Positions 48,304-57,747 of a stretch of DNA of 62,597 nt are shown piece after piece (position 1 is the first letter of the stretch; each line of letters starts with the position of its first letter). Below the pieces are notes generated by a model, which was not told where the DNA came from, did no database searches, and worked only from the letters and a program-made list of their open reading frames with translations. Location of the stretch: positions 1 through 62,597 of the forward strand of contig PMUF01000054.1 of assembly GCA_003167015.1 (NCBI GenBank). The letters run 5' to 3'. This stretch comes from Chitinophagaceae bacterium. GTDB lineage: Bacteria > Bacteroidota > Bacteroidia > Chitinophagales > Chitinophagaceae. Both the position numbers and the translations under genes were made by a program.

Positions 48304-48942
48304 CTATGCTGTTTTTTGCTCCGGAGAGCCGGTTTTAGATCGAATAAAAGCGGATACGGTCATCCCTCTTTGTTTCAGATTGGCGAAGAACTGGCGAACA
48401 GCTAAAAGTTTCCCGAGATCCGCATTATTTCCCTGGTCGGCCTTGATCTGCTCAATCTGGCTCTTCGGGAGCAAAAGGAAGTTATTCTTTCTCAGGGATT
48501 CCGCGGCTGCCCTCAGCTGACCATCCGAAGCATTCCCCACCTGCCAGGCGTGAAAGATCTCGTCCATCGATTCGAGATAGCGGTCGAAAGGAGTAGGACC
48601 GGCGCCTTCAACGACCGCGAACAGGCCGGCCGATTTGCGCCTTTTTTCGTCAAGCAGAACCTTGTGCTGCCAGGATTTGAGATCTGCCTCCAATCGCTCC
48701 TTATCCTCCCTGAATTTGAGCTGGAGCCATTGCCCGCGGACGCAGCTTTTCCAGTCCTTCATTTTAACCCGTCCAACCACAAAACCATTAGCCATGTAGT
48801 GGTCCATCCAGCGTTGACTATAGTACTGCAGGAAAGCAGTTGGCCAGTCTGGTTTGCAGAGGTTCATGAATGCTTGCACTTCCTCCGCTTTGGGAATCTG
48901 GAAGGGGGGCAGCTTTTTGACTGATTTTGCCATGCTGATCAA
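48304..48942 (-). CDS. Replication-associated hypothetical protein
   Basis: HY.ANG..VGR.KMKDWK..R motif typical of phage replication-protein domains. Confidence 0.55.
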   Translation of the reverse strand: MISMAKSVKKLPPFQIPKAEEVQAFMNLCKPDWPTAFLQYYSQRWMDHYMANGFVVGRVKMKDWKSCVRGQWLQLKFREDKERLEADLKSWQHKVLLDEKRRKSAGLFAVVEGAGPTPFDRYLESMDEIFHAWQVGNASDGQLRAAAESLRKNNFLLLPKSQIEQIKADQGNNADLGKLLAVRQFFANLKQRGMTVSAFIRSKTGSPEQKTA

Positions 48943-50579
48943 TTGAAAAGATTTTCAGAAGCTTTCACCATTCCCCGTCCTTCGAAACTGATTATTTCCT
49001 TGCTGGTCATTCGTTGTATATATGCATCTCGGCTACTGCGAAGATAACCGGTTGAATCGCTTATAGTATCCCTTGGAACGGCGTTGGGATAGGCATCAAT
49101 CAGCACCCGAAGAATCTTCTTTTCCCCTTCTGGCAAATTTTCCAACCAATACTCCTGTAATTCTGCGCCCGTAGGGAGTGGTTCGAAATCCGGTCCAAGG
49201 GTTTCCAGGCCTAAGTCACTAGGGTAAATTTTATCTCCCTTCTGTTCAATCATTCCTTTTTGCCTAAGCCGCTGAAGATATGCATCCCGACTCGACCGCT
49301 TATAACCGATGAGCACCGTCAGTTGATCGCGCCGCAAACCGTCCGGAAATTGTGCACAAGCGGTCAATATCTTGCCTTCCGCTAAGGGGAGTTCAACCTT
49401 TTCTCCATTATGGTGAGTTATTTTCTTTTCCAGTTTCGGCTCAATCTTTACCGATTTTACTTCAGGTTGCTTGGCTACATTCGCGATGGGAAAATGTATT
49501 TCGGTTCCGCTGAGGGCTGCTATTTTACTTAAGACGCCCTGCAACTTCTTAACCTGTGCCTGAGAAGCGTAAAACATAACATCTTTGTCTTTGATAATAG
49601 AAGTATATTCCTTTTTGACCTGGTCCCGAACTTGTTGAATAGCCTTCTCATTCGGCGCCGATTCCGGTCGCTTAGCCTTTGATAACTCAGTTTTGAGCCG
49701 TGAAATCTCCGCCTGAAATTGCTGTTTGGTGGCTAACTCCTTTTCTGCCTCTTCGGGAATGTCGGAAAGTTTATCAAGAATTTTTTTAATGGCGGAAGGG
49801 GTGGGAGGCGCCGAGATCATCCTTTTGCCGGATTGCAAATGTGTGGTAATGACAGCCGAAACCTTGAATTTTATTACCTCATTGCTGATGGCCGGCCCGA
49901 AAGCGTAAAATGTTCCAGGCTGAAGGTCTCGGAGTGACAAAATATCGGACTTGGTATTCATTCCTAATTCCTCCCCGGCGCGGCGACGGTCAATATCTTG
50001 TGCGCTCCTACCAATCAGCTTGTTGTTGCACTCAGCGGTCGCGTCCTTACTCAGTTTTGGAAGACGCTGAGTTGCCAGCACAGCGCAATACCCTCTTTTC
50101 CTTCCGCGTGTACATAAGTCGATAACAGCACTCGCGCTTTCTGATTGACCGTTTTCCGGGCAAAATGTGTGCGCCTCATCAATGTGGATAAAACAAGGGT
50201 GCCATAACTCTTTTGGGGCGTTCACAATGGCCTGAAGGAATCGCTTTACGAAGATTGGACGTTCGTGTTTCTGCAATTCGTACAAGTCTATAATGACCGA
50301 TATGCCGGTTTCAAGAATCTTGTGCGCCAGGGTCTCGGCATACTTCAAACTCAGTGGAATATCACCCCCCTTGCTGACCAGCGCAAAATCAAACTTTTCC
50401 CGCAACGTTACAAACTCCCCTTCGGGATCAATGATAATTTGTTGAACCTGGTTACCGATAGATTCAATCAGTTTTCGGAGAGCGTAAGATTTTCCGCCAC
50501 CGGATCCCGCCTGTAAAAGCAACCGGGTGTCAAGCAATTTTTGTAAATCAATGGGAATGCCGATGTTGATATTTTGCAT
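48939..50579 (-). CDS. HerA/FtsK-superfamily ATPase (DUF87-like) with coiled coil and tandem C-terminal wHTH-like repeats
   Basis: AGSGGGKS, IIIDPEGE, IHIDEAH, RGRKRG..ATQR; repeat GY.RSSRDAY.QR twice. Confidence 0.85.
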   Translation of the reverse strand: MQNINIGIPIDLQKLLDTRLLLQAGSGGGKSYALRKLIESIGNQVQQIIIDPEGEFVTLREKFDFALVSKGGDIPLSLKYAETLAHKILETGISVIIDLYELQKHERPIFVKRFLQAIVNAPKELWHPCFIHIDEAHTFCPENGQSESASAVIDLCTRGRKRGYCAVLATQRLPKLSKDATAECNNKLIGRSAQDIDRRRAGEELGMNTKSDILSLRDLQPGTFYAFGPAISNEVIKFKVSAVITTHLQSGKRMISAPPTPSAIKKILDKLSDIPEEAEKELATKQQFQAEISRLKTELSKAKRPESAPNEKAIQQVRDQVKKEYTSIIKDKDVMFYASQAQVKKLQGVLSKIAALSGTEIHFPIANVAKQPEVKSVKIEPKLEKKITHHNGEKVELPLAEGKILTACAQFPDGLRRDQLTVLIGYKRSSRDAYLQRLRQKGMIEQKGDKIYPSDLGLETLGPDFEPLPTGAELQEYWLENLPEGEKKILRVLIDAYPNAVPRDTISDSTGYLRSSRDAYIQRMTSKEIISFEGRGMVKASENLFN

Positions 50580-50582
50580 ATT

Positions 50583-50888
50583 TTAATAAGTTTGTATAAG
50601 ATAATCGATCGTATAAAGGCATTTTGCGAACAGGGTAAGTTTGTCTTTCGGTAGCAATCCGCCCGCGTCCTGCTGCACTTCGGTCCACCAGTAGCGTTTC
50701 TTTTCCTCCGGCAGGTCCTCAATCCGGGGAAGGCGGCCGGAGATCACCAAGGCGCGGTAAACGGTGTATAAGACGCTCCTTTGGCTTCCATAGTTTACAA
50801 GGGTGCGAATATATGCCTCGGGGTTTTCGGCGCATAAAGCGGCTTGTTTGTAACCAAGGGTTATATATCCTGAAGTGATGGGCGTCAA
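50583..50888 (-). CDS. Hypothetical protein
   Basis: Coupled ORF. Confidence 0.55.
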   Translation of the reverse strand: MTPITSGYITLGYKQAALCAENPEAYIRTLVNYGSQRSVLYTVYRALVISGRLPRIEDLPEEKKRYWWTEVQQDAGGLLPKDKLTLFAKCLYTIDYLIQTY

Positions 50889-51550
50889 TTTTCATCCCTC
50901 CATGCTTTGAATGTATTTTTAAGGTCGCCGATTGCCCCATTCAGATTATCTGCCTTGTCCATCAACTGCAACTGCTGAGGATTAAGGCTTTCTTGCGCAC
51001 GTTCTGACGGTCCGATGTACAAAGTCTCGTGGAAATCTTTATCACGCTCCTTTTGCCCCTCCAAATGTCGCACACTCCAATAGGTGTCCGCTATCCTGGT
51101 AATTATTTGAAGATCCACACGGTCGTGGATGTCCACCAATTCACCCCGTTTGGCCATAGAAAACATGATAACATAATCTTCCAACCGTAGGTTCCTGCAC
51201 TCCTGGATAAGAAGTCCAGATGCTTCAATCATCTGATCCTCATTCATATTCCTGACCACATTGAGGGAGGCGCAAAAGTCCCTGACGAGTAGAAAAACCG
51301 CTTTGCTGATACCCGGGGCGTTGTGGATAAGAAGCTCGGCAATTGGCGGAAATGTGCGAATTATGGGAAAGAAAGGCACGCCACCCGGCATGAGATCGCC
51401 GGTGATGCTCATTAGCTCGAGCTTCCCGTCTGTTTTAAGGTCAGGAATTTCCAGTTTTACTAAACATCCGATCAATTTTTTCGAATGCGGATGCAACGTC
51501 CACGTTTCCGCCGGTAGGTTCCTTTCCGTTGATCTTTCCATTTTTTCCAT
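50885..51550 (-). CDS. Hypothetical protein after the initiator (possible helicase loader)
   Basis: M.E.Q..E....I......L.LED...F...KRGE; positional. Confidence 0.5.
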   Translation of the reverse strand: MEKMERSTERNLPAETWTLHPHSKKLIGCLVKLEIPDLKTDGKLELMSITGDLMPGGVPFFPIIRTFPPIAELLIHNAPGISKAVFLLVRDFCASLNVVRNMNEDQMIEASGLLIQECRNLRLEDYVIMFSMAKRGELVDIHDRVDLQIITRIADTYWSVRHLEGQKERDKDFHETLYIGPSERAQESLNPQQLQLMDKADNLNGAIGDLKNTFKAWRDEN

Positions 51551-52256
51551 TGACGATGATTTTATCGAACTGAGAACAAAGGTTTTGTAAGAGAAAGTTT
51601 TGCGATAGCCAAGGATCAGCGTAGGCTCGTTGCAGAAACTTCAGGAAATGATCAGAGCAGGTTATGGCCGTCCACTCGAAGTTTTTCCCAATTACCCGCT
51701 GGCTGACCAATTCCAGGAGCTTTTTCATAGAAGCGGGATCGCGGCCGGCAAAGGAGGGTTTTTCTTTGAACTTACTTTCGTAGAAGTCGAACCAAGTTTT
51801 TACGCACAATTCCCAAATTCCCATTTCCTCAGCCTTTTTCTTCGCGCGCGGCTTTCTATTTCCAGTTTTATTTACATCTGTATTTCTATTTTCATTTTCA
51901 TCTTCCATATGCGCTGGCATAGCGCCAGCATATGCTGGGCCGTTTTTAGGGTCTTTTTTACCCATTAAAGCGTTATTACGGCGTGATTCTGAATACTTTG
52001 ATCGTTTTTGCATTTCATTAAGCAATCGTTCATTCCAAAAAAGATTATCCTCTGTTTTAAACTTCGGTTTCAAAATCGGCCAAACTTGTGCAAAGCATAT
52101 GCTCAGCACTTGCTTAGCTTGTGCTAAGGTGAATTTGCCAGAATTGAATTGGAGGATCAGAAGATCTATATAAGCCCCTTTTTGCTCATGGGTAAAATAC
52201 ATTGTGCCGCCATGCCAGTCGTTAGGGTAAAAAAGGAAAGCCGGGTCTTTAGCCAT
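51441..52256 (-). CDS. Replication initiator (DUF1376/YdaU-like N-terminus)
   Basis: KDPAFLFYPNDW.G.T......KGAYI.LL..Q..N.RL..E. Confidence 0.75.
   Translation of the reverse strand: MAKDPAFLFYPNDWHGGTMYFTHEQKGAYIDLLILQFNSGKFTLAQAKQVLSICFAQVWPILKPKFKTEDNLFWNERLLNEMQKRSKYSESRRNNALMGKKDPKNGPAYAGAMPAHMEDENENRNTDVNKTGNRKPRAKKKAEEMGIWELCVKTWFDFYESKFKEKPSFAGRDPASMKKLLELVSQRVIGKNFEWTAITCSDHFLKFLQRAYADPWLSQNFLLQNLCSQFDKIIVNGKNGKINGKEPTGGNVDVASAFEKIDRMFSKTGNS
51855..52132. repeat. Candidate replication origin: 11-bp iterons plus AT-rich tract within the initiator gene
   Basis: TGCAAAGCATA TGCTCAGCACT TGCTTAGCTTG TGCTAAGGTGA (52089-52132); GCATATGC-like boxes 51905-51935; AT tract 51855-51903. Confidence 0.55.
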
Positions 52257-52275
52257 TAATTTCGATTTTGGACAT

Positions 52276-52390
52276 AAAAAAAGCCGCCCTGGTGAGAGGA
52301 ACGGCTCTTTGAAAGGTTGTCCTTTGAAAGATAAAATCCATTATTACCCTCACCGATATTAATGGACCGCGCTATGTGATTTCAAATGTA
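52276..52390 (-). promoter_or_regulatory. Promoter (TACATTTG 52390-52383) plus structured leader ending in an intrinsic terminator
   Basis: Hairpin UCCAUUA/UAAUGGA; terminator GAGCCGUUC..GGGCGGCUUUUUUU; the two loops are complementary. Confidence 0.65.
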
Positions 52391-52514
52391 CGAAAGCCTT
52401 TTCCAATTAAACAATTTCCAAAGAACTTTTTACAAAAATTTGGCCGGGAACGGGGATCACCGTATGCCTATCCCGGCCGGATCTCTCCCGGAGGACCGCG
52501 ACTGTTGACTTTCA

Positions 52515-53114
52515 TCAAAAAAGCGACTGTTTTTTATGATCATTCCGCAAATCGAACACCCGAAAGATAGTATCCCCGTCAAAGCCCTTCCGTAGCTGCA
52601 GGATCACCGTCTGGATCCTGGCGTATTGAAAAGTCGCCCGCGGTAAGGCCGTGACCGTGAGCAATCCCCACCGTTTCAGGGCGCGTAGTCTCACATCGCT
52701 ATCGCTGATGGTAAACCAGGGCATCAGGGCGATCACATCGTCGCTCATCTTCATGCACTCCTGCAGGATGTGATATCCAAGTCGCATGCCGTATTTATTC
52801 AGCTCAGGAGGCACCCCGAAGGCGTACCGGCTGGAAAAGGGCGGATTGGTCAGCACGCAGTCAAATCTTCCCGGAGGCATGGCAAAGAAGTCCGCAGGGG
52901 CCGTTACGTGATATTCCGGCGGGATAGCCCTCACCAGATTCCAGAGGCCTGCGGTAGGCTCTAAAATCGTTCTCGCGCCAAATGGGATCATTTCGGCCAT
53001 GTAGTTGCAGACCGGTACCGGTGTCTGAAAATCCGTGAGCCATTTCTCGCCTTCTGATGTTTTTGCAGATTCCTCATCAGCAGGGAAAAAGCCGCCTTTC
53101 TTTAGTCCGCTCAT
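52515..53114 (-). CDS. N6-adenine/N4-cytosine DNA methyltransferase
   Basis: FQTP..V..M; ILEPTAG..NL; catalytic NPPF. Confidence 0.75.
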   Translation of the reverse strand: MSGLKKGGFFPADEESAKTSEGEKWLTDFQTPVPVCNYMAEMIPFGARTILEPTAGLWNLVRAIPPEYHVTAPADFFAMPPGRFDCVLTNPPFSSRYAFGVPPELNKYGMRLGYHILQECMKMSDDVIALMPWFTISDSDVRLRALKRWGLLTVTALPRATFQYARIQTVILQLRKGFDGDTIFRVFDLRNDHKKQSLF

Positions 53115-53148
53115 TTTTGTTCGATTTTTTTGCTCATTCTTTAATCCC

Positions 53149-53718
53149 TCAGGTTGATCGGTTATTGCATTTTTCCGCCACGGCAATCAGCCATCTTGCC
53201 AGGTCGGGGGGTGTTTCCTCGCGCTCAATTTTAGTCACCTCCCGCTTTACCCGCCTTCCGCTTTTCTTCTTAATTTTAGAGGAGATTGTATATTCGATTG
53301 CGTCGAATTTTATCGGAATAGGAGGTAAATGCCAATGAGGGCACCCGACAATATACAAAAAGGTCTTTTTCAAAGCCTTATGGCCGAACCAGGACTGATT
53401 GACACAAATTGTATATCCTCCGAAATTATCCACCTTTCCGGGCTTTGGCAATCCAGCTGCCGCCCAGAGCTTCGAAGTCGCAGGATGCTCCAAAATACCT
53501 CCGTACCTCCGTACCTCCGTAACCGCCCGCAAAGCCACGTCTTTTTCGTCGGCCCGGGGTTTGGCCATGTGAGACAATTGGCCCCATGCCCTGCAAGGCG
53601 GGTGAGCAATCACCGGGTTGCCGCCTGGCCAGTTCCGAGCATCCCGGTCAGCGTCCCAACAATCGACACCAAGGGTCTTGTAGATCGAATCCTTTCGGAC
53701 GTACAGGGCGCTGATCAT
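53149..53718 (-). CDS. Short C5-cytosine methyltransferase-like protein
   Basis: IAHPPC (PC motif), LEHP, QSWFGH..K.T.L, R..TP. Confidence 0.65.
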   Translation of the reverse strand: MISALYVRKDSIYKTLGVDCWDADRDARNWPGGNPVIAHPPCRAWGQLSHMAKPRADEKDVALRAVTEVRRYGGILEHPATSKLWAAAGLPKPGKVDNFGGYTICVNQSWFGHKALKKTFLYIVGCPHWHLPPIPIKFDAIEYTISSKIKKKSGRRVKREVTKIEREETPPDLARWLIAVAEKCNNRST

Positions 53719-54383
53719 TCTGCTTCCCCCGACGGATGTTGCTGACTCTGAGGTACCTTTTTCCGTCCGCCCTTCCCTTTTCCGTTGGCCGCGTCCACGA
53801 TATCCTTGACGACTGATTCCGGGGTGGTCGGTTCGGCTATCTTGGCTTTGGTCACTTTATTTTTGGGGTCCTCGGGTTCTGGCATGTTCAGGGACAATTG
53901 AGGATTTTCATAACAACGCCCTTCGAAGCAATAGGCAAGCACTTCAGACTCTATGACTTTGATCTTGCCCTGAAGATCCTGGCAGTAAGGATAGGCGCCT
54001 TCTTCGTCCATGTCCTGGTCCAGGAGGATAGTGGCGTTTGAAGTCATGGCCCCTGCGAAAGCGGTCAGCCGGTGGCCTTTCAGCGTGATTTTCAATTCTT
54101 CATCCCTGCCGCTCAGGGAATAGCCTCTGGCTTCGAATTGCTGCGTCACTTCGGATCGTTCGAAGTTGTCCACCGCATCGGCATTCCAAAGAATAACCAT
54201 GTGGTCGGCCAACCGGGTGACAGCCTTCAGAAAATCCTTATGAACCAGATTGCTGCAATTCTCGAATTTCTCGTTGCGTTTGCGAACGGGATCCCAAAGG
54301 ACGATCTCGGGAGTGAATTCATCCTTGTCCTTTTTTTTGAGCTTTACCGAACGCACCTCGTATTGCTCCTGTTCTTTAGTCAT
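53715..54383 (-). CDS. Hypothetical protein
   Basis: 222-aa ORF in operon. Confidence 0.6.
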   Translation of the reverse strand: MTKEQEQYEVRSVKLKKKDKDEFTPEIVLWDPVRKRNEKFENCSNLVHKDFLKAVTRLADHMVILWNADAVDNFERSEVTQQFEARGYSLSGRDEELKITLKGHRLTAFAGAMTSNATILLDQDMDEEGAYPYCQDLQGKIKVIESEVLAYCFEGRCYENPQLSLNMPEPEDPKNKVTKAKIAEPTTPESVVKDIVDAANGKGKGGRKKVPQSQQHPSGEAE

Positions 54384-54592
54384 ATTGATTATTTTAGATG
54401 AAAGTTAGTAATTACGCCCGGTTCCTTTTACGCGAAGCCTTCGCCATTTTATTTCGTGCTTGCCGGCGATTCCAATCCTTTTTGGGCATGATGCTTTTAA
54501 GACAAGGCGGAATGCGTGCAGGAGCGGAGGCAATGGGCTGCGCCAAAACAGCAGCAGCCGCGAGCAGTGATAATCCTTTCATAAGTGATATA

Positions 54593-54952
54593 TTAGGTGA
54601 ACAATTTTACAACGCTATTGCTGGTTAATTCCTTGAACCCCCGTTTGTTAATAAGGTGATCCATGAAGCGTTTTTCAAGGATCTCTATGATTTTAAAACT
54701 GTAGCCGTCTCGCCTGGCGCTGTTCTCGAACCATTCAAACATATCGTCTAAATGATGGTTCCCCGGTTGGTGGTTCAAGATAGCCAAAATAACATAAGAT
54801 CTGTCTTCCGTTTTCCATAATCCCGTCACTGTACCTACCCGGAAGTTTGTATATGTCGGATCCCAACGGAAGGGCTCTCCGACCTCGAAAGGGAGGTTGT
54901 GTGTTGACCGGAAAGGCTTTTCGAGCTTTTTCTTATTTTCGCTTTTGACCAT
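54593..54952 (-). CDS. Hypothetical protein, possibly GNAT-like
   Basis: I.AI....PG..H..F..L..RGF; weak resemblance. Confidence 0.4.
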   Translation of the reverse strand: MVKSENKKKLEKPFRSTHNLPFEVGEPFRWDPTYTNFRVGTVTGLWKTEDRSYVILAILNHQPGNHHLDDMFEWFENSARRDGYSFKIIEILEKRFMDHLINKRGFKELTSNSVVKLFT

Positions 54953-55029
54953 TGGTTATTTTCAACCGTTTACCGTTTATAAGAGCCAGGGCGAGAACAC
55001 CCCGGCTTTAACCATTAGACCTTATCAAA

Positions 55030-55623
55030 CTATTCTTTCACAATTGCTGCTTCTTCCTCAGCACATTTCCACTTCCTACCACCCCTAATATCTTTTACAT
55101 GTCCGACAGAAATATTATATCTGGCCGCAAGATCATCAGATCTTAAGACGCTGTTTTTTATGGCAATGGCGTCAACAGCCGTTAATTTGCAGTTACTATT
55201 ATTTGAGCCCTGTTGATCCGCCAAAAGACCTATTTCTGATGCATGAACCATATTTTCCTTTTGCGTGGACCAAGCTATATTTACTTTTCTATTGTCCCAT
55301 TTTTTACCATTCAAATGATTGACATAAGGTTTATTAAACGGATTTTCCAGAAATGCAACCCCAACAATTCGATGAACAAGTCTTTGCGATCTGCTTCCAT
55401 CCCTGAAATATAATGTTACGGAACGATATTCTTTTAGGTTCCGGCTGCGCAAAATCCTAGGGGCAAGGAGGCGCCCGTAGATATTCACCCTACCGAGTGA
55501 CTTTATTTCCCCCATATCCGATACCTCATAAAGACCTTCAAAGCCGATCACCGAGACCCATTCTTCGTCAACTTTATCCTGGCGTTGAAGGAAGTCGGAA
55601 TAACTGTCAAATATTTTTTTCAT
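55030..55623 (-). CDS. NUMOD4-HNH homing endonuclease
   Basis: EEW..V.GFEGLYEVS..G.IKS; VHRIV..AF..VNH.NG.K.DN. Confidence 0.88.
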   Translation of the reverse strand: MKKIFDSYSDFLQRQDKVDEEWVSVIGFEGLYEVSDMGEIKSLGRVNIYGRLLAPRILRSRNLKEYRSVTLYFRDGSRSQRLVHRIVGVAFLENPFNKPYVNHLNGKKWDNRKVNIAWSTQKENMVHASEIGLLADQQGSNNSNCKLTAVDAIAIKNSVLRSDDLAARYNISVGHVKDIRGGRKWKCAEEEAAIVKE

Positions 55624-55641
55624 TTTATAGCGGTTGATTGT

Positions 55642-56070
55642 TTAAAAAATTGATAACGATTTGTCCGCATCAGGAATGTCGATCGAAAGATTCTCAGCGG
55701 CGAACGCCCGGATGCTTTCAATATACTGCGAAAATTCCTCTTTGTTCAATTCGGCGCTGCTCCCCTCCCATTCCCCGATCACCGTTCCATCCTTATCTAC
55801 GATGTTTTCAGGCAGGAACATTCGCTTGAAAAAGTTATGGCATTGATCAGCCGTCATGCGGTAGCCGAGGTCAAGGAAGGCGTGCCTGCACTCGGCGTAG
55901 ACGACCCCAAAGAGATATCGGTTTTGCTGGTTCGATCGCAGCCCCCGCTTTTTGATCGTTAGGATTATCTCGCAGTCCTTCACCGTCATAAGCTCCTGCT
56001 CGAAGCGTTTCCGATTATGGAGCGTCATGCGGCCCCCCTCTACTTTTCCGTATGCCTCAATCTTTGTCAT
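55642..56070 (-). CDS. NinB-like protein
   Basis: RS.QQNRY..GVVY..H..FK..FL..S..L...EF..YIE.I. Confidence 0.7.
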   Translation of the reverse strand: MTKIEAYGKVEGGRMTLHNRKRFEQELMTVKDCEIILTIKKRGLRSNQQNRYLFGVVYAECRHAFLDLGYRMTADQCHNFFKRMFLPENIVDKDGTVIGEWEGSSAELNKEEFSQYIESIRAFAAENLSIDIPDADKSLSIF

Positions 56071-56971
56071 ACATCCAACCAGCTTTGTCGCACATGAATA
56101 GCCCCGTCCATTGATCGCTCCAAAAGTCGTATGATTGGTCCCAGGCTTCGGTTAGGATGGCGTAATTGAACCGTTTCATGTAATATTCCATCTCCTGGAT
56201 CCCATGCTTTAAAAGCCGCTCATTGAGCGTGTGAACGCTAATACCGCCCAACTTATCGACGGCAATGATATGATATTTCCGCTGTTTCCAAGGGAGTCCG
56301 GCAAGTTCTTCAATGATTTTCAGGCCAGTCAGGTAAATAACAGCCTGAAGGTAGAGTTTTCGATACCATATCTCGCGCTGCACTTTATCCTGCTGGGCAT
56401 CCGGCATGCTCTTAACGTCAGCCATATCTTCGTCTCCTAAAAGATCGATAACGCCGTGAAAGAAAAAATTGAACCACTCCCAGTCGATAGGCGTCTCACG
56501 TTTTGGGCAAGCGCGCATGATCCTGGCGGAGGCCCGATTGTGAATCACATTTAAGGCCACTATTTTGGCGTGCGCATGCTCTTTTGGCGAAACGATCGTC
56601 CGGTCTCCGGCCTGACCACAAGCTATGAATCGCCATTCTTTATAGGCTTTGGTCGCCCGCGGGTTCTTCGAACCTCCCTGCCTCAGTTCCTCAACCTTAT
56701 CGGAATCATCGAAAGCAAAATATCGTTCATCGAACTTTCCCGGTTCAAGGATAAGACAGTGCAGCATTCCGCCGTAGATCATCGCCGGAGTCGGTTCCTT
56801 TTTTTGGAGCTTATAATCGGCGAAATCCTTGGGACTATCCATGAAATTGCTCAGCGCAGTATAAGACAACCTCATTTCGCCGCTCATTATCTTTTTGATA
56901 ATAGGGATCATTAAATCCACCCGCGAAGGCATGGGCTCAACGCCGGGCTTTAATTCTTCTGCTGTTTCCAT
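56057..56971 (-). CDS. RecE/DUF3799-like PD-(D/E)XK exonuclease
   Basis: LSY..L....SP; G...H...LEP; E......GVID......DVK; Y.Q...Y. Confidence 0.8.
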   Translation of the reverse strand: METAEELKPGVEPMPSRVDLMIPIIKKIMSGEMRLSYTALSNFMDSPKDFADYKLQKKEPTPAMIYGGMLHCLILEPGKFDERYFAFDDSDKVEELRQGGSKNPRATKAYKEWRFIACGQAGDRTIVSPKEHAHAKIVALNVIHNRASARIMRACPKRETPIDWEWFNFFFHGVIDLLGDEDMADVKSMPDAQQDKVQREIWYRKLYLQAVIYLTGLKIIEELAGLPWKQRKYHIIAVDKLGGISVHTLNERLLKHGIQEMEYYMKRFNYAILTEAWDQSYDFWSDQWTGLFMCDKAGWMYDKD

Positions 56972-57717
56972 TAGGCGCTGAATTTTTTGAGTAAAGCACG
57001 GCGGTTTAGAATCGCATTGGTGAAGGCCGGCAAAGCGTGGTATTCCGGGTTACTGTTGATAACGGCATCAAGACCATCGGCATCGGCTTCGGATATCACC
57101 ACAGCGAGTTCGACAGGGATATCCTTCGGTGGGAGTTCTTTGAACTTTGCTTCCTGCATGGCCTGGTAATCCATTTCGATATTCCTGTTCAGGTCCTTAC
57201 CGAAAATTTTTCCAAAGCATTCGCAGGCATCTTTGATGGCAAAACTTTTGGCTGCAGGAGCACCAGTTTGAACCGCCGAACTTTGCACCTGCGAGAAATC
57301 CGTTGCGGCCGCTCCTTTGTTGGTGCGAATGGGAGCTGCGCCAATCCCATCAGCCCATTCCCACTCCATCGTCACCGGATTGAGCACATGAACGCGGACG
57401 GTCAGCACAATGGAATTGGCCATGACCTCCGATTTCAGGATCTCTGGCTTCCATTTGATAAAAAGGGAGGTCAGAAGATATTCTATAATGCCTATGGGAA
57501 TGTATTCTACAGGGATCTTCTCTTTGCCGCCCTGGGCGTTCATGATTTCTTTGGTCGCCGTTGGGTGAGGGAAAAGCCATTCCTTTTTGGGAGGGGCATT
57601 CAGCAGCTTATTGAAGTCATTGAACTTCGAAAGCAGTTCGATTTCCTGCTGTTCGTAAAGATCCTGTAATTTGGGGAGTTGAAACTTCTGCTGTTTAGCA
57701 GGCAATTGATCGGACAT
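56971..57717 (-). CDS. Single-strand annealing protein (Sak/Rad52-like)
   Basis: YIPI..I...L..LF..W..V.V..DG.G..A.S.A.K.A...G..FG.DL; paired with the exonuclease. Confidence 0.7.
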   Translation of the reverse strand: MSDQLPAKQQKFQLPKLQDLYEQQEIELLSKFNDFNKLLNAPPKKEWLFPHPTATKEIMNAQGGKEKIPVEYIPIGIIEYLLTSLFIKWKPEILKSEVMANSIVLTVRVHVLNPVTMEWEWADGIGAAPIRTNKGAAATDFSQVQSSAVQTGAPAAKSFAIKDACECFGKIFGKDLNRNIEMDYQAMQEAKFKELPPKDIPVELAVVISEADADGLDAVINSNPEYHALPAFTNAILNRRALLKKFSA

Positions 57718-57747
57718 TTGTGATGATTTTTGAGTGATGAAGGGGAA

